The notes: generated by a model not told the origin, from the sequence alone. A DNA stretch of 64,000 nt from Betaproteobacteria bacterium (GCA_043759535.1 JAYVLI010000020.1:7718-71717); one strand, 5' to 3'. Shown: positions 1 through 10,884, counted from the first letter of the stretch. Numbers and translations are program-made.

Positions 1-1555
1 GCGGCGCGGTGTGGGTGCTGGCACGCAGGCGGCAGCCACGCGCCACCAGTTGGCTGTGCAGCGGCATGCCGGCCAGGTGCGCGCCCACCACCGCCAGCGC
101 CAGCGTGGGCGCAGCGGCCGGCAGCGCGGGTGCGCCAGACGGCAGCGGCACAGGGGTGGTGTCGGCCGGCAGCGCGGTGCGCAAGTGGCAACCCAGCGGC
201 TGAGCGCGGGCGGCCTCCCAGCGCAAACCCAGGTCCACCAGCGCGGCATCACAACCACCGGGGGCGATGAAGGTGACACCGAATGGAAGCACGGGCGGCA
301 GCTTGCTGCCGCCGGCCATGCCATGCGCCATGCCACTCGGCACCGCCAGCGCCGCCTGGCCCAGCAGGTTGACAAAGTTGGTGTAACGGCCCAGCTCGCT
401 GTTGCGTTGCACTGGCTCGGCCGCCACCGCAGCCCGCGTTGGGCAGGTGGGCGCGGTGGGCACCATCAGCACATCGATCTGCTGCCACAGCGGCGCCACC
501 TGCTGGCGCAGCGCCTCCAGCATGTAGCGGGCGCGAAAGGCGTCCACCGCCGCAATCCCCGTCGCGCGCTGGATGACTTGCAGCACGGTGGCATCCAGTT
601 GCTCGGGGCTGGCATCCACCAAGGCTTGCACCACGGCATAACGCTCGGCCACCCAGGGGCCGTCGTACAGCAGCTTGGCCACGGCGTGCAGCGGCGCCAT
701 GTCCACCGGCACCACCGTGGCACCCCAACGGTGAAGTTGAGCGACTGCGGCGTCAAACGCCAGGTCATAACCCAGCGCTGCATCACAGCCCGGTGTGGCC
801 GGCACACCCACCCGCAGCGGCGCACCGGTGCGGCCCAGCCAGGGCGGCTGCGGCGTGGCGCTGTGGAAGACCGGCTCGTCACCGGCGCCCTCCATCAGCG
901 CCATCACCCGGGCGGCGTCGGCCACCGTCAGCGCAAACACCGACACCACGTCCAGCGTGCGGCAAGCCGGCAGCACACCGGCCATCGGCACACTGCCGGG
1001 CGTGGGTTTGAGGCCCACCAGGTTGTTGAAACCCGCCGGCACCCGGCCTGAGCCGGCCGTGTCCGTGCCCAGCGCAAACGGCACCAGCCCCCGCGCCACC
1101 ACCGACGCCGAGCCCGAGCTGCTGCCACCACTTGCATAGGCCGCATCAAAGCTGTTGGGTACCTCGCCATACGGTGAGCGGGTGCCCACCAGGCCGGTGG
1201 CAAATTGGTCCAGATTGGTCTTGCCCAGCAGCACCGCGCCAGCCGCCATCAGCCGCTGCACCACCGTGGCGGTGTGGCTGGCGGTGTGGGCAAAGGCCGG
1301 GCAGGCGGCGGTGGTGGGCAGGCCGGCCACGTCGATGTTGTCTTTGACGGCAAACGGCACGCCGTACAGCGGCAGAGTGCTTGGATCAAGCCCGGCCAGG
1401 GTGTCGAGCTGGGCGCTGACAAACGCCGCGCTGCAGCGGTGGATCCAGGCCGGGTCATCCGCCGGCAGGCTGGCCAGCAGCGGCAGCAGCACATCCACCG
1501 GGCGGGCGCCGGCGGCATAGGCGGCGCGCCAGTCGGCCAGGGTCAGAGGCGGCAT
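1..1555 (-). CDS. atzF: Allophanate hydrolase (amidase-signature family), 3' end runs off the window
   Basis: Missing from the ORF track because it has no stop in the window. Manual minus-strand translation from ATG 1555 gives MPPLTLADWRAAY...PLYGVPFAVKDNIDVAGLPTTAACP...GKTNLDQFATGLVGTRSPYG...SGGSSSGS...GTDTAGSGRVPAGFNNLVGLKPT, the AtzF signature. An alternative TTG start lies at 1588. Confidence 0.9.
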   Translation of the reverse strand, partial: MPPLTLADWRAAYAAGARPVDVLLPLLASLPADDPAWIHRCSAAFVSAQLDTLAGLDPSTLPLYGVPFAVKDNIDVAGLPTTAACPAFAHTASHTATVVQRLMAAGAVLLGKTNLDQFATGLVGTRSPYGEVPNSFDAAYASGGSSSGSASVVARGLVPFALGTDTAGSGRVPAGFNNLVGLKPTPGSVPMAGVLPACRTLDVVSVFALTVADAARVMALMEGAGDEPVFHSATPQPPWLGRTGAPLRVGVPATPGCDAALGYDLAFDAAVAQLHRWGATVVPVDMAPLHAVAKLLYDGPWVAERYAVVQALVDASPEQLDATVLQVIQRATGIAAVDAFRARYMLEALRQQVAPLWQQIDVLMVPTAPTCPTRAAVAAEPVQRNSELGRYTNFVNLLGQAALAVPSGMAHGMAGGSKLPPVLPFGVTFIAPGGCDAALVDLGLRWEAARAQPLGCHLRTALPADTTPVPLPSGAPALPAAAPTLALAVVGAHLAGMPLHSQLVARGCRLRASTHTAP

Positions 1556-1590
1556 TGGTGTCACCTTGGGCAAGATCACGTTGGTCAAGG

Positions 1591-2277
1591 TCAGGCCGGC
1601 AACGCCGCCAGCACGGCCGCAGCCGGCGCCACCCAGCCGACGATGCCGCCCTGGGCCGTGATCATGGCCAGCGTGGCGGCCTTGAACTGCGGAAAGTAGC
1701 TCTCGGTGCCGTCAGCCACCAGCAGGCAGTCGTAGCCTCGGTCGTTGGCCTCACGCATGGTGGTTTGCACACAGACCTCGGTGGTGACACCCATGATCAC
1801 GAGCTGGGTGATGCCACGCTGCTGCAGCGCGGCCTGCAGCGGGGTGTTGTAAAACGCGCCCTTGCCGGGTTTGTCGATCACCAGCTCACCGGCCAACGGC
1901 GCCAGTGCCGGCACGATTTGCTGGCCGGGCTCACCCACCACCAGCACCCGGCCCATTGGGCCGACATCACCGATGCGCAGGCCGGGCTTGCCACGGTGTA
2001 ATTTTGCGGGTGGGCAATCGCTCAAATCAGGTGCGTGGCCCTCGCGGGTGTGCATTACCCAGCCGCCTGCTGCCCGCCAGGCCGCCAGCACCGCCGCACA
2101 GGTGGGCACGATGGCTTGCAGCAGGGTCACGTCATTGCCCAGCGAGGCGCCAAAACCACCCGGTTCCACAAAATCACGCTGCATGTCGATGATCAGCAGC
2201 GCGCAATGGGCAAAGTCAAGCTCAAAAGCAAAGGGTTGCGCCGGCAGGGCCACGGTGGGCGTGGTGACGCCGGTCAT
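1591..2277 (-). CDS. trtA: Triuret hydrolase-like cysteine hydrolase (isochorismatase family)
   Basis: [53 protein letters not shown] and AQGGIVGW. The D-K-C triad is present, and these residues match TrtA rather than BiuH as I recall the families. Confidence 0.8.
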   Translation of the reverse strand: MTGVTTPTVALPAQPFAFELDFAHCALLIIDMQRDFVEPGGFGASLGNDVTLLQAIVPTCAAVLAAWRAAGGWVMHTREGHAPDLSDCPPAKLHRGKPGLRIGDVGPMGRVLVVGEPGQQIVPALAPLAGELVIDKPGKGAFYNTPLQAALQQRGITQLVIMGVTTEVCVQTTMREANDRGYDCLLVADGTESYFPQFKAATLAMITAQGGIVGWVAPAAAVLAALPA

Positions 2278-3833
2278 GCAGCCTCCGCAGTCACCAGCGC
2301 GCCATGCCCCTTGCCACCCATGAAGGCGCCCAGCTCATGCCGGTCGGCCTGGTGGGCTGGCACCTCAAACACGATGCGGCCTTCGCTCATCACCACAATG
2401 CGGTCGGCCAGCAGCAGCAACTCGTCCAGATCCTCGCTGACCAACAGCACCGCGCAGCCCCGGTTGCGCGCGGCCATCAAGCGGCCGTGGATCTCGGCCA
2501 CCGCCGCAAAGTCCAGCCCGAACACCGGGTTGCTGACCAGCAGCAGCGCGGCCTCACCGGCCAGCTCACGCGCCAACACGGCGCGTTGCACATTGCCACC
2601 GGAGAGACTGCGGATGGCGGCCCGCTCACCCTGGGTCTTGACGCCGTATTCGGCAATCCAGGCGCGGGCCAGCGCGCGCAGCCGGCCCCAGCGCATCCAG
2701 CCACCGGTGACCGCCGGGGTGGCGTAAGGCGCCTCATCAAACTGGCGCAGGCCCATGTTGTGGGCCACGCTCAACTCACCGACGCAGGCGTTTTGCAACG
2801 GCTCCTCTGGCAAGGCGCGCACCTTGAGCGCGCGGTTCTGGCGCCGGGTGGCCGTGAAGTGTTGGCCGCCCACCTGCACCTGGCCGGCCTGGCGCGCGCG
2901 CTGGCCGGTGAGTGACTGCATCAGCTCCCGCTGGCCGTTGCCCGACACACCGGCCACGCCCACGATCTCACCCTGCTGCACTTGCAGGTTCAGGCCTTGC
3001 ACAGCCAGCTCACCCCGGTCACCCATCACCTGCAGGCCGGTTATCGTCAATTGCACTGCACCGGGGCTGCGGGCCTCGCGTGTCAGCGGCAGCGAGACCG
3101 CTTTTCCCTCCCCCACCATGGCCTGGGCCAGGGCTTGGGGTGTGGTGCTGGCCACCGCCATGCTGGCCACCAGCGCACCCCGGCGCAGCACGCTGACATC
3201 GTCGGCAAACGCGGTGACCTCGCGGAACTTGTGGGTGATCAAGATCACCGAGCAATCGCCGGCATGCGCCCGCTCGCGCAGCGCGCCCAGCACCTCGTCG
3301 GCTTCTTGGGGTGTCAGCACCGAGGTGGGCTCATCCAGGATCAGCAGCCGGGGCTTGAGGAACAACTGCTTCAGGATTTCGAGCTTCTGCTTCTCACCGG
3401 CGGACAAATCCAGCGGTGTGGCGTCCAGGTCCAGCTTGAAGGGGGTGGTCTGCAAAAACGCGGTCAGCTCGGCACGCGCGGCTTTCCAGTCGATCACCGC
3501 CGGGATGTGGCCACGCGCCAGCAGCAGGTTTTCAGCCACCGTCATGCCCGGCACCACGGTGAAGTGCTGGTAGACCATGCCAATGCCCAGATCACGCGCC
3601 ACCACCGGCGAGTGGATGTCTTGCTCACGGCCGTCCACCAGCACCGCGCCATCGTCAGGCCGGTAATAGCCCACCACACATTTCACAAAGGTGGATTTGC
3701 CGGCACCGTTTTCACCCAGCAGGGCATGCACGGTGCCAGGCCACACGTTGAGCGACACACCGTCCAGCGCGGTGAAGGGGCCAAAGCGTTTGGTGAGCTG
3801 GTAGGTTTCCAGCGTGAGCGCGTGGCGGGTCAT
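2274..3833 (-). CDS. ABC transporter ATP-binding protein (two ABC domains, sugar/nucleoside type)
   Basis: GENGAGKST Walker A, LILDEPT, and a second-domain LSGGNVQR. Start taken at MTRHALTLE. Confidence 0.92.
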   Translation of the reverse strand: MTRHALTLETYQLTKRFGPFTALDGVSLNVWPGTVHALLGENGAGKSTFVKCVVGYYRPDDGAVLVDGREQDIHSPVVARDLGIGMVYQHFTVVPGMTVAENLLLARGHIPAVIDWKAARAELTAFLQTTPFKLDLDATPLDLSAGEKQKLEILKQLFLKPRLLILDEPTSVLTPQEADEVLGALRERAHAGDCSVILITHKFREVTAFADDVSVLRRGALVASMAVASTTPQALAQAMVGEGKAVSLPLTREARSPGAVQLTITGLQVMGDRGELAVQGLNLQVQQGEIVGVAGVSGNGQRELMQSLTGQRARQAGQVQVGGQHFTATRRQNRALKVRALPEEPLQNACVGELSVAHNMGLRQFDEAPYATPAVTGGWMRWGRLRALARAWIAEYGVKTQGERAAIRSLSGGNVQRAVLARELAGEAALLLVSNPVFGLDFAAVAEIHGRLMAARNRGCAVLLVSEDLDELLLLADRIVVMSEGRIVFEVPAHQADRHELGAFMGGKGHGALVTAEAA

Positions 3834-3834
3834 G

Positions 3835-4539
3835 TCAGTGTTCCAGCGCATTGCACAACACATCCATCAGCACGGCCGATGTGGCCACCGCGCCAAACAC
3901 ACCGCCCTGCATTTCAATCATCTTGAGCGCGGCAGCGTGGTTGCCGGCGTCGGTGGCGCCGGTGCAGTCGCTCAGCAGCAGGCACTCAAAACCGCGGTCG
4001 TTGGCGTCACGCATGGTGGTGTGGACACACACGTCGGTGGTGATGCCGGTGAGCACCAGGTTGCGAATGCCCCGGGTGTGCAGGATCAGCTCCAGATCGG
4101 TGGCGTAAAAGCTGCCTTTGCCGGGCTTGTCGATGATCGGCTCACCGGCCAGCGGGGCCAGCTCGGGGATGAGCTGCCAGCCCGGCTCACCGCGCACCAG
4201 GATGCGTCCGCACGGCCCCATGTCGCCAATGCCCACCCCGCCCGTGCCAATCTGGCGTGAGCGCCAGCGCTTGTTGGCCGGCAGGTCAGCCAGGTCGGGG
4301 CGGTGGCCCTCGCGGGTGTGGATCACCAGCAGGCCCACCTGGCGCGCCACCACCAGCAGCCGCTGCAACGGCGCGATAGGCGCACGGGTCATGGACAGGT
4401 CGTAACCCATCTTGTCCACATAACCGCCAATGCCGCAAAAGTCGGTCTGCATGTCGATGACCAGCAGGGCGGTGTTGGCGGCGCGCAAATCCCCGTCAAA
4501 CGGCCAGGCATAGGGTGTGGACGTGGACAGGGTGGGCAT
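3835..4539 (-). CDS. biuH: Biuret hydrolase (isochorismatase family)
   Basis: [58 protein letters not shown] and MQGGVFG closely match BiuH. Confidence 0.85.
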   Translation of the reverse strand: MPTLSTSTPYAWPFDGDLRAANTALLVIDMQTDFCGIGGYVDKMGYDLSMTRAPIAPLQRLLVVARQVGLLVIHTREGHRPDLADLPANKRWRSRQIGTGGVGIGDMGPCGRILVRGEPGWQLIPELAPLAGEPIIDKPGKGSFYATDLELILHTRGIRNLVLTGITTDVCVHTTMRDANDRGFECLLLSDCTGATDAGNHAAALKMIEMQGGVFGAVATSAVLMDVLCNALEH

Positions 4540-4540
4540 G

Positions 4541-5623
4541 TCAGGCGGCCTTGCGGGTGGCACCAGCGGGCAGTGGCAGCGGCTTGGTGCCGGCCGCCGG
4601 CATCAGCGGGTTGGGCGCGGCACCGCCGTAAGCCCGCTGGGGTGGCGCAAAGCCGCAGGGTGTGCCGTCCGTCACCTGCACCGTGGCCTCCCACGGCCAG
4701 CGGAAGTTGCCAGCCACCATGTCCTGCATGAAGGTGTAGGGGCAGTCCATCGCGCCGCCGGCCACTGCCACATAACCGCGGTGCCAGAGCTGGTAGGGGT
4801 TGTTCTCCACACCCCAGCCGGCGCGGGCTTCGCGCACCAGGTCGGGCCGCAACTCGGCGCTGATGATCTCGTCGGGCCGGCCACCGCCCTGCGCAATGAC
4901 CGTGCCGTCAAAGTTGCAGAACATGGCCTCGCCCATCGAGTCGAAGCTGCCGTCTGACCCGCACAGGCAGACGCTGGCGGTGATGGCCAGGTTCTGGAAA
5001 GCATTCGCCTGGTTGGTGATCTGCCAGGCATGGCGGATGGGCGCCGTGTAGCCTGCTATGCGCAGGATGACCTCAGCGCCTTTGTAGGCGGCTTCACGCG
5101 CCATCTCGGGGAACATGCCGTCATGGCAGATGATCAAGGCCAGCTTGACACCACGCGGCCCGGTACACACCGGCACACCCAGGTTGCCCGGCTCCCACGG
5201 CTCCACCGGCACCCAGGGGTGCAGCTTGCGGTAATAGAGCTGGATGGTGCCCTGGTCGTCAATGATCAAGCCGCTGTTGTAGGGGTTGCGGGTGTTTGGA
5301 CCCTCGGGGTTGTTCTCCATGATCGAGAAGCAGCCCCAGATGCGGTGCAACACACACGCGGCCTTGAAGGCCGCCACCTCGGGGCCGTCCAGCGACACCA
5401 TCAGCTCGGGCGTGGTGGCCATGCTCAAGCCCTGCAGTGCGTACTCGGGGAACACCACCAAATCCATGGTGCCCAGGTTGCGCCGCGCCTTGCCCACCAG
5501 GTCACAAATACGCTGGGTTTGCGCCGCCAGTTGTGCGGGTGTGTCCACTACCGGCAGTTGCAACTGCACCAGGCCGACGACCAGGCCATTGGCCGATTTG
5601 TTGAGGCCACCCAAGCCACTCAT
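4541..5623 (-). CDS. amiF: Formamidase (nitrilase superfamily, AmiF-like)
   Basis: Nitrilase E-K-C triad in [11 protein letters not shown] and IICHDG. The CHDG motif is typical of formamidases rather than AmiE (CDDG). Confidence 0.8.
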   Translation of the reverse strand: MSGLGGLNKSANGLVVGLVQLQLPVVDTPAQLAAQTQRICDLVGKARRNLGTMDLVVFPEYALQGLSMATTPELMVSLDGPEVAAFKAACVLHRIWGCFSIMENNPEGPNTRNPYNSGLIIDDQGTIQLYYRKLHPWVPVEPWEPGNLGVPVCTGPRGVKLALIICHDGMFPEMAREAAYKGAEVILRIAGYTAPIRHAWQITNQANAFQNLAITASVCLCGSDGSFDSMGEAMFCNFDGTVIAQGGGRPDEIISAELRPDLVREARAGWGVENNPYQLWHRGYVAVAGGAMDCPYTFMQDMVAGNFRWPWEATVQVTDGTPCGFAPPQRAYGGAAPNPLMPAAGTKPLPLPAGATRKAA

Positions 5624-6540
5624 TTCGACATCCCCAATTCCATTGGCGCACCTTTGATGGTTTGTTTGGGCGAGCAGGTGGCAATCAGGATGGCCAGCGT
5701 CAGCGCATACGGCATGGCGTTGAACAGGTAATAACCACCGCTGATGCCCACCGATTGCAGTGCCGGCCCGATGGCCCCGGCACCGCCAAACAGCAGCGCT
5801 GCGCCCAGGCAGCGCCAGGGGCTCCAGCGCGCAAAAATCACCAGCGCCACCGCAATCAGGCCCTGGCCGCTGGACAAACCTTCATTCCAGCTGCCGGGGT
5901 AATACAGGCTCAACGATGCTCCACCCAGCCCGGCGATAAAACCGCCCGCCGTGGTGGCCGCAATGCGCACCGCGTTGACCGAATAGCCCAGCGCTTTGGC
6001 CGCGTCACTGCTGTCCCCGGCCATGCGCACCACCAGGCCCCAGCGGGTATTGGCCAGGCCCCACGCCAGCAATCCCGCCAACGCCACGCCGATGGGGAAC
6101 AAGGCGTTGATGGCCAGCGCGCTTTGCACCCCGGGCGATGCACTCCAGGCGCCCAGGCCGAGCGACGGAATCTGCGGCGCCTGCGGCTGGATCAGCGGTT
6201 TGCCCAGGTAAAACGCCAGGCCGGCGCCCAGCAGCATCAGCGCAATGCCGGTGGCAATGTCCGACACCCGGTTGAGCGAGCACAACAAGCCGTGCAGCAA
6301 GGCCAGCGCGGCGCCGCTGCAACCCGCCAGCAGCACCCCCAGCCAGGGTGAACCACTGAGGTAAGCGCCCCCAAAACCGGCCATGGCGCTGAACACCAGC
6401 ACGCCCTCCAGCCCCAGGTTGATGCGGCCGGATTTCTCGGTCAGGCATTCGCCCAGGCTGACAAACAAAAACGGCGTGCCTACCCGCACCGCGCCGCCGA
6501 TGATGGCCAGCAAGAGATCCATGATCCCGTCGCCAGTCAT
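5620..6540 (-). CDS. ABC transporter permease (BPD_transp_2 type)
   Basis: Multi-TM hydrophobic protein with EKSGRINLGLEG and GQGLIAVALVIFARW. ATGA-coupled to its neighbours. Confidence 0.9.
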   Translation of the reverse strand: MTGDGIMDLLLAIIGGAVRVGTPFLFVSLGECLTEKSGRINLGLEGVLVFSAMAGFGGAYLSGSPWLGVLLAGCSGAALALLHGLLCSLNRVSDIATGIALMLLGAGLAFYLGKPLIQPQAPQIPSLGLGAWSASPGVQSALAINALFPIGVALAGLLAWGLANTRWGLVVRMAGDSSDAAKALGYSVNAVRIAATTAGGFIAGLGGASLSLYYPGSWNEGLSSGQGLIAVALVIFARWSPWRCLGAALLFGGAGAIGPALQSVGISGGYYLFNAMPYALTLAILIATCSPKQTIKGAPMELGMSK

Positions 6541-7655
6541 GCTGTGGCTCCGTTGGCCACCAGGCGCGGCCGTGCCAGCGCCGGCAGTTGCAGCTGGAAC
6601 AAGCGGCCGCGCAGCGCCTCAGCCGCCAGGATGAAGACAAACGCAAAGCCCTGCAGCACCAGCACCGACGCATCGGGCAGGCCCAGCCGGCGCTGCAACA
6701 AGCTGCCAGCCGCTGCAAAACCACCAAACAGCAAGGCCACCGGCGGGATGGCCCAGGGGTTGTGGCGCGCCACAAACGACACCAGGATGCCGGTGTAGCC
6801 CAGCCCGGCAATGACGGATGCGTTGGCCGCCGTGTGCACCGCCGCCACCTCCAGCGCACCGGCCAGGCCAGCACAGCCCCCGCCCAGTGCGCAGGCCAGC
6901 ACCACCAGCCGGTTGGTGGGCAGGCCCACCAGCCTGGCGGCGCGGGCATTGCCGCCCACCACCCGCAGGGCAAAACCCGACGCGGTGAAACTGAGCCACA
7001 GCCCGGCCGCAACACACAACAGCAGGCCGAGAACCAAACCCCAGTGCACATCACCCAGCAGGCTGTCGCCAGCCGCACCACCCATGATGGGGCCGATGCG
7101 CAGGGATTCAGTGAGCGGCAGGGTGCTGGGCTTGTTGAGGCTGGCCGGGTCGCGCAGCGGGCCCTCGACAAAATGCTTGAACAGCGCGATGGCGATGTAG
7201 CCCAGCAGCAGGCTGCTGATGGTCTCGTTGACACCACGCCACTGCCGCAGCGCGCCCGCCAACGCCACCCAGGCGGCACCCAGCAGCGCACCGGCGGCCA
7301 GCACCATCACGCTGCCAGCCGTGCCGGCCAGGCCGGGCAGGATGTAAGGCAACACGGCGCAGCCCAGGGCGCCCAGCACCAGTGCGCCCTCACCGCCGAT
7401 CACGGTGAGCCCGGCGCGTGCCGGCAAGGCCACGGCCAGCGCGGTCAACATCAAAGGGGCGGCGCGCTGCAGCGAGTTTTGCCAAGAAAACGCATCACCA
7501 AACGCGCCTCTGAACAGCAGCACCCAGGTGTCCACCGGGCTGACACCACCAAACCAGACAAACAGGCCAAACAGCAGCAGCGCGGCTGCCAGCGCGCCGG
7601 CGGGCAGCAACAAGGCCTCGGCGGGGCCGTGCCAGTTGCGGGCGGCGCGGCTCAT
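6537..7655 (-). CDS. ABC transporter permease
   Basis: Multi-TM protein with IGGEG, GVNETISSLLL and GLGYTGILV. Its start overlaps the atzH stop (ATGA). Confidence 0.9.
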   Translation of the reverse strand: MSRAARNWHGPAEALLLPAGALAAALLLFGLFVWFGGVSPVDTWVLLFRGAFGDAFSWQNSLQRAAPLMLTALAVALPARAGLTVIGGEGALVLGALGCAVLPYILPGLAGTAGSVMVLAAGALLGAAWVALAGALRQWRGVNETISSLLLGYIAIALFKHFVEGPLRDPASLNKPSTLPLTESLRIGPIMGGAAGDSLLGDVHWGLVLGLLLCVAAGLWLSFTASGFALRVVGGNARAARLVGLPTNRLVVLACALGGGCAGLAGALEVAAVHTAANASVIAGLGYTGILVSFVARHNPWAIPPVALLFGGFAAAGSLLQRRLGLPDASVLVLQGFAFVFILAAEALRGRLFQLQLPALARPRLVANGATA

Positions 7656-8062
7656 CGTGGCACCTCGGCGGCGGCTGGTGGTGTGGGCGGGTCGATCAGG
7701 CTGACATGCGCGGCCACCACCTGCCAACCCTGCGGCAGGCGCGCCCAGGTCTGGCTTTGGCGGCCGATCTTTGGCGTGCCGTCACGCTGGAAGGTGGTCA
7801 TGGCGGTGGCAAGGTCGCGGCCGTAAGTGGTGATCACGGTGTTGGCCAGGCGGCGCGCCAGGCCGTGCGCGGGCCGCGCCGCACGGAAGGCGCGGATGGC
7901 TTCGATGCCGTGCAGGTTCTCGGCCACGCCGTAGCGCACGGTGTGCGGGCTGGGCCAGAACAACGCGTCCAGCACGTCGATGCGGTTGTTGACCAGCGCG
8001 TCTTCGTAAGTGGCAAACACCGCTTGCACCTCGGCCAGCACGTCGGGCAGGTTGATGTCCAT
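7652..8062 (-). CDS. atzH: AtzH/HpxZ family protein (NTF2-like, DUF3225)
   Basis: MDINLPDVLAEV...YEDALVNN...LFW...VRYGVAENLHG...IRAFR...GRQSQTW...GWQVVAAHVS. Adjacent to atzE and atzG. Confidence 0.82.
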   Translation of the reverse strand: MDINLPDVLAEVQAVFATYEDALVNNRIDVLDALFWPSPHTVRYGVAENLHGIEAIRAFRAARPAHGLARRLANTVITTYGRDLATAMTTFQRDGTPKIGRQSQTWARLPQGWQVVAAHVSLIDPPTPPAAAEVPR

Positions 8063-8067
8063 GGGCG

Positions 8068-9534
8068 TCAGGCGCCGCGTGGCCGGCTTGTTGGTGATGG
8101 CAAGGCTGCCACCGGCGCGCTGCACACGCCCAGCGACTCCAGCGTGGCGGCCACCCGCAGGCACAGGTCTTCACGCCAGGGTGCGGCAATCAGTTGCACG
8201 CCAATCGGCAGGTGCGGTGCGGCCGGGTTTTGGCCCCACAGCGGCACACTGACCACCGGCAGGCCGATGCAGGAGATGGGTTGAGTCAGCAAGCCCATGC
8301 TGGCGCGGGCCGGCAGGCGCTGGCCGTTCAAATCCAGCCAGTCGGTGCCGATGGGCACAGCCGTGCAAGGCGTGGCCGGGGCGATCAACACATCCACCGT
8401 CTCGAACGCCCGCGCCACCCGGCGGGCAAACCAGTGCCGCACGCGTTGTGCGCGCTGGCCCCAGGCCGCAGGCACCAGTGCGTTGGCCAAAAAGCGGTCG
8501 CGGGTCATCGGGTCAAAGTCCATGGGCCGGCGGCGCAAGTCGTCCAGATGCAGTGCGCCACCCTCGGTGCAGGTGATCAAAAACGCTGCAGCGCGGGCGC
8601 GGGCCACCTCGGGCAACTCCACCAGCCGGCTGGTGCCCAAGGCTTGCGCCACGGCGTCTACCGCAGCCAGCGCCTCGGGCAGCGCTTGCTCACGGAACCA
8701 GCCGCCCAACACCGCCACCCGCAGGCCACCGGCGCCCAGGCTCAGGCGGCCGGATACGGGCTCGATGTCACGCTGGGCGCAGGCCGCGTCATCACTGTCC
8801 GGGCCTTGCAGCAGGTCATAGACCAGCGCCAGATCGGCCACGCTGCGGGCAAACGGGCCCAGGTGGTCCAGGCTGGCGACAAACGGATAACTGCCGGTGC
8901 GCGGCAGCCGGCCAAAGGTGGGCTTGAGACCGTAGATGCCACACAGCGACGCCGGCACCCGGATCGAGCCATTCGTGTCCGAGCCCAGCGACAGCGGCAC
9001 CTGCCCGGCCGCCACCGCCGCCGCCGATCCGCCCGACGAGCCACCCGCCACACGGCTGGTGTCGTGCGGGTTGTGGGTGGCGCCGGCATGGCTGTTTTCG
9101 GTGCTGAAGCCGTAGGCGTATTCGTCCATGTTGTGGGTGGCCACCAGCACCGCGCCCTCGGCCTCCAGCCGGCGCACCAACACCGCGTCGCGCCGCGCCG
9201 GGGCGGCATCGCGCTCGATCTTGGACCCGGCCAGGGTGGCCAGGCCAGCCACGTCAAACAGGTTCTTGACGGCGATGGGCACACCGGCCAAGCGCATGCG
9301 GGCGCGGCGTGGGCTGCTGTCCACCAGGTCGGCCCGCTTGAGCGCACGCTCGGCCAGCACGGCGGTGCAAGCGTTGATCTGCGGCTCGGTGGCGTGGATG
9401 CGGTCCAGGCTGGCCTGCACGGCGCTTCGGGCGCTGCTGCGGCCGTTGCGCACGGCGTCGGCGATGGTGGTGGCGGACGGCGCGGCAAACACGCTGGCCG
9501 CCTCACCCACAGCGGTTCGGCTGGCGGCCGTCAT
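8068..9534 (-). CDS. atzE: AtzE-family amidase (1-carboxybiuret hydrolase-like)
   Basis: AVKNLFDVAG, NMDEYAYGFSTEN, GGSSGGS and GSDTNGSIRVPASLCG (Ser-cisSer-Lys amidase). Flanked by atzG-like and atzH-like genes. Confidence 0.85.
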   Translation of the reverse strand: MTAASRTAVGEAASVFAAPSATTIADAVRNGRSSARSAVQASLDRIHATEPQINACTAVLAERALKRADLVDSSPRRARMRLAGVPIAVKNLFDVAGLATLAGSKIERDAAPARRDAVLVRRLEAEGAVLVATHNMDEYAYGFSTENSHAGATHNPHDTSRVAGGSSGGSAAAVAAGQVPLSLGSDTNGSIRVPASLCGIYGLKPTFGRLPRTGSYPFVASLDHLGPFARSVADLALVYDLLQGPDSDDAACAQRDIEPVSGRLSLGAGGLRVAVLGGWFREQALPEALAAVDAVAQALGTSRLVELPEVARARAAAFLITCTEGGALHLDDLRRRPMDFDPMTRDRFLANALVPAAWGQRAQRVRHWFARRVARAFETVDVLIAPATPCTAVPIGTDWLDLNGQRLPARASMGLLTQPISCIGLPVVSVPLWGQNPAAPHLPIGVQLIAAPWREDLCLRVAATLESLGVCSAPVAALPSPTSRPRGA

Positions 9535-9728
9535 GCGTCATTCCCCTGCGGCAGCACCGGGGTGAAAACGCAGCCCGATTCATCAGCGGCCGTGAGCGGC
9601 AGGCCTTGCAGCAGTGTGGCCATGCTGGCCGCTAGCTCGAAATACAGCGCCACGCCGGGGCGGGCTTCGGCCGGGATCTTGAGGCCCAACAACGCTGCGG
9701 TGGCCTGGATGTAGGCGCTGTGGTCCAT
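9531..9728 (-). CDS. atzG: AtzG-like small subunit (DUF4089)
   Basis: 65 aa, YIQATAALLGLKIP...RPGV...F...E..CVFTP. Immediately upstream of and coupled to atzE. Confidence 0.75.
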   Translation of the reverse strand: MDHSAYIQATAALLGLKIPAEARPGVALYFELAASMATLLQGLPLTAADESGCVFTPVLPQGNDA

Positions 9729-9777
9729 GGCAGGCTCCGGTGGAGGTTGGGCGCTGGGCGGCCTGGGCAGGGTGGGA

Positions 9778-10884
9778 TCAGACCTTGCCCACCACGCCCT
9801 CCACCAGGTAGTTCATGCTTTCCAGCTCCAGGTCGGTTTGCTTGAAGACCTTGCCTTTGGGGATCACCACCTTGCCGGTGTTGTCCTTCAGCTCGCCGGC
9901 AAAGATGTCAAAGCTGCCGGCCATCATCTTGGCCCGCACCGCATCGGCGCTTTTGCGCGCGCCATCACTGACCATCGCGCCGTAGGGTGAGCTTTTGACA
10001 AAGCCGTCTTTCAAGCCGCCGCGCACAAAATTGGGATGCGGCTTGCCGGTTTGTGCCGCGTCGATGATCTGTTTGTAGGCGGTCAGCCAGTTCCACTCCG
10101 CCCCCGTCAAATAAGCGTTAGGCGCCAGCTTGGCTTGGGATGCGTGGTAACCACACACCAGCTTGCCGCGCTTGGCGGCTGTCTCGACGATGACCTTGGG
10201 CCCATCCACATGCATGGTGAACACATCGATGCCCTGGTCGGCCAGGCTGTTGGTGGCCTCGGCCTCTTTGACGGGCATGCTCCAGTCACCGGTAAAAATC
10301 ACCGTGGTGGTGATGGACGGGTCAACCGACCGCGCACCCATCGTGAACGCGTTGATGTTGCGCAGCACCTGCGGGATCGGCTTGGCCGCCACAAAGCCCA
10401 GCTTTTTGCTTTTGCTGGCGTGGCCGGCAACCACGCCGTTCAGGTATTGGCCTTCGTCGATGTAGCCAAAAAAACTGCCGGTGTTGTCGGGGTGTTTGCC
10501 CTTGGTCCACATGCCGCCGCAGTGGGCAAAACGCACTGCAGGGTTCTTGCCGGCCACCGCCAGCAGGTGCGGATCGAAATAGCCGTACGAGGTGGGGAAC
10601 AGCAGCATGGCAGCGTCTTGCGCAATCATGCCCTGCATGGTTTTTTGCACTGCATTCGTCTCGGGCACGTTTTCTTCTTCCACCACCTTGATGCCAGACA
10701 TTTTTTTGACCAGCGCCACGTTTTCAGCATGCGCTTGGTTGTAGCCGTAGTCGTCGCGAGGGCCAACATAAATAAAGCCCACGCTGAGCGGCTTTTGCGC
10801 CAACACCAGCGGCGCGGCCCCCGCTGCGCCAAGCGCACCGGCGCTCTTGATCCAGGTACGGCGGGTCCAGAGTGCTTGTGTCAT
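9778..10884 (-). CDS. BMP-family ABC transporter substrate-binding protein with Tat-like signal
   Basis: MTQALWTRRTWIKS twin-arginine leader, VGFIYVGPRDDYGYNQAH and TSYGY. AGGAG RBS upstream of 10884. Confidence 0.9.
   Translation of the reverse strand: MTQALWTRRTWIKSAGALGAAGAAPLVLAQKPLSVGFIYVGPRDDYGYNQAHAENVALVKKMSGIKVVEEENVPETNAVQKTMQGMIAQDAAMLLFPTSYGYFDPHLLAVAGKNPAVRFAHCGGMWTKGKHPDNTGSFFGYIDEGQYLNGVVAGHASKSKKLGFVAAKPIPQVLRNINAFTMGARSVDPSITTTVIFTGDWSMPVKEAEATNSLADQGIDVFTMHVDGPKVIVETAAKRGKLVCGYHASQAKLAPNAYLTGAEWNWLTAYKQIIDAAQTGKPHPNFVRGGLKDGFVKSSPYGAMVSDGARKSADAVRAKMMAGSFDIFAGELKDNTGKVVIPKGKVFKQTDLELESMNYLVEGVVGKV

Noticed and set aside
1-10884. Recently acquired atrazine/s-triazine catabolic island
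   Set aside because: No atzA/B/C/D, IS, integrase or obvious composition shift in view. It looks like a native nitrogen-scavenging operon.
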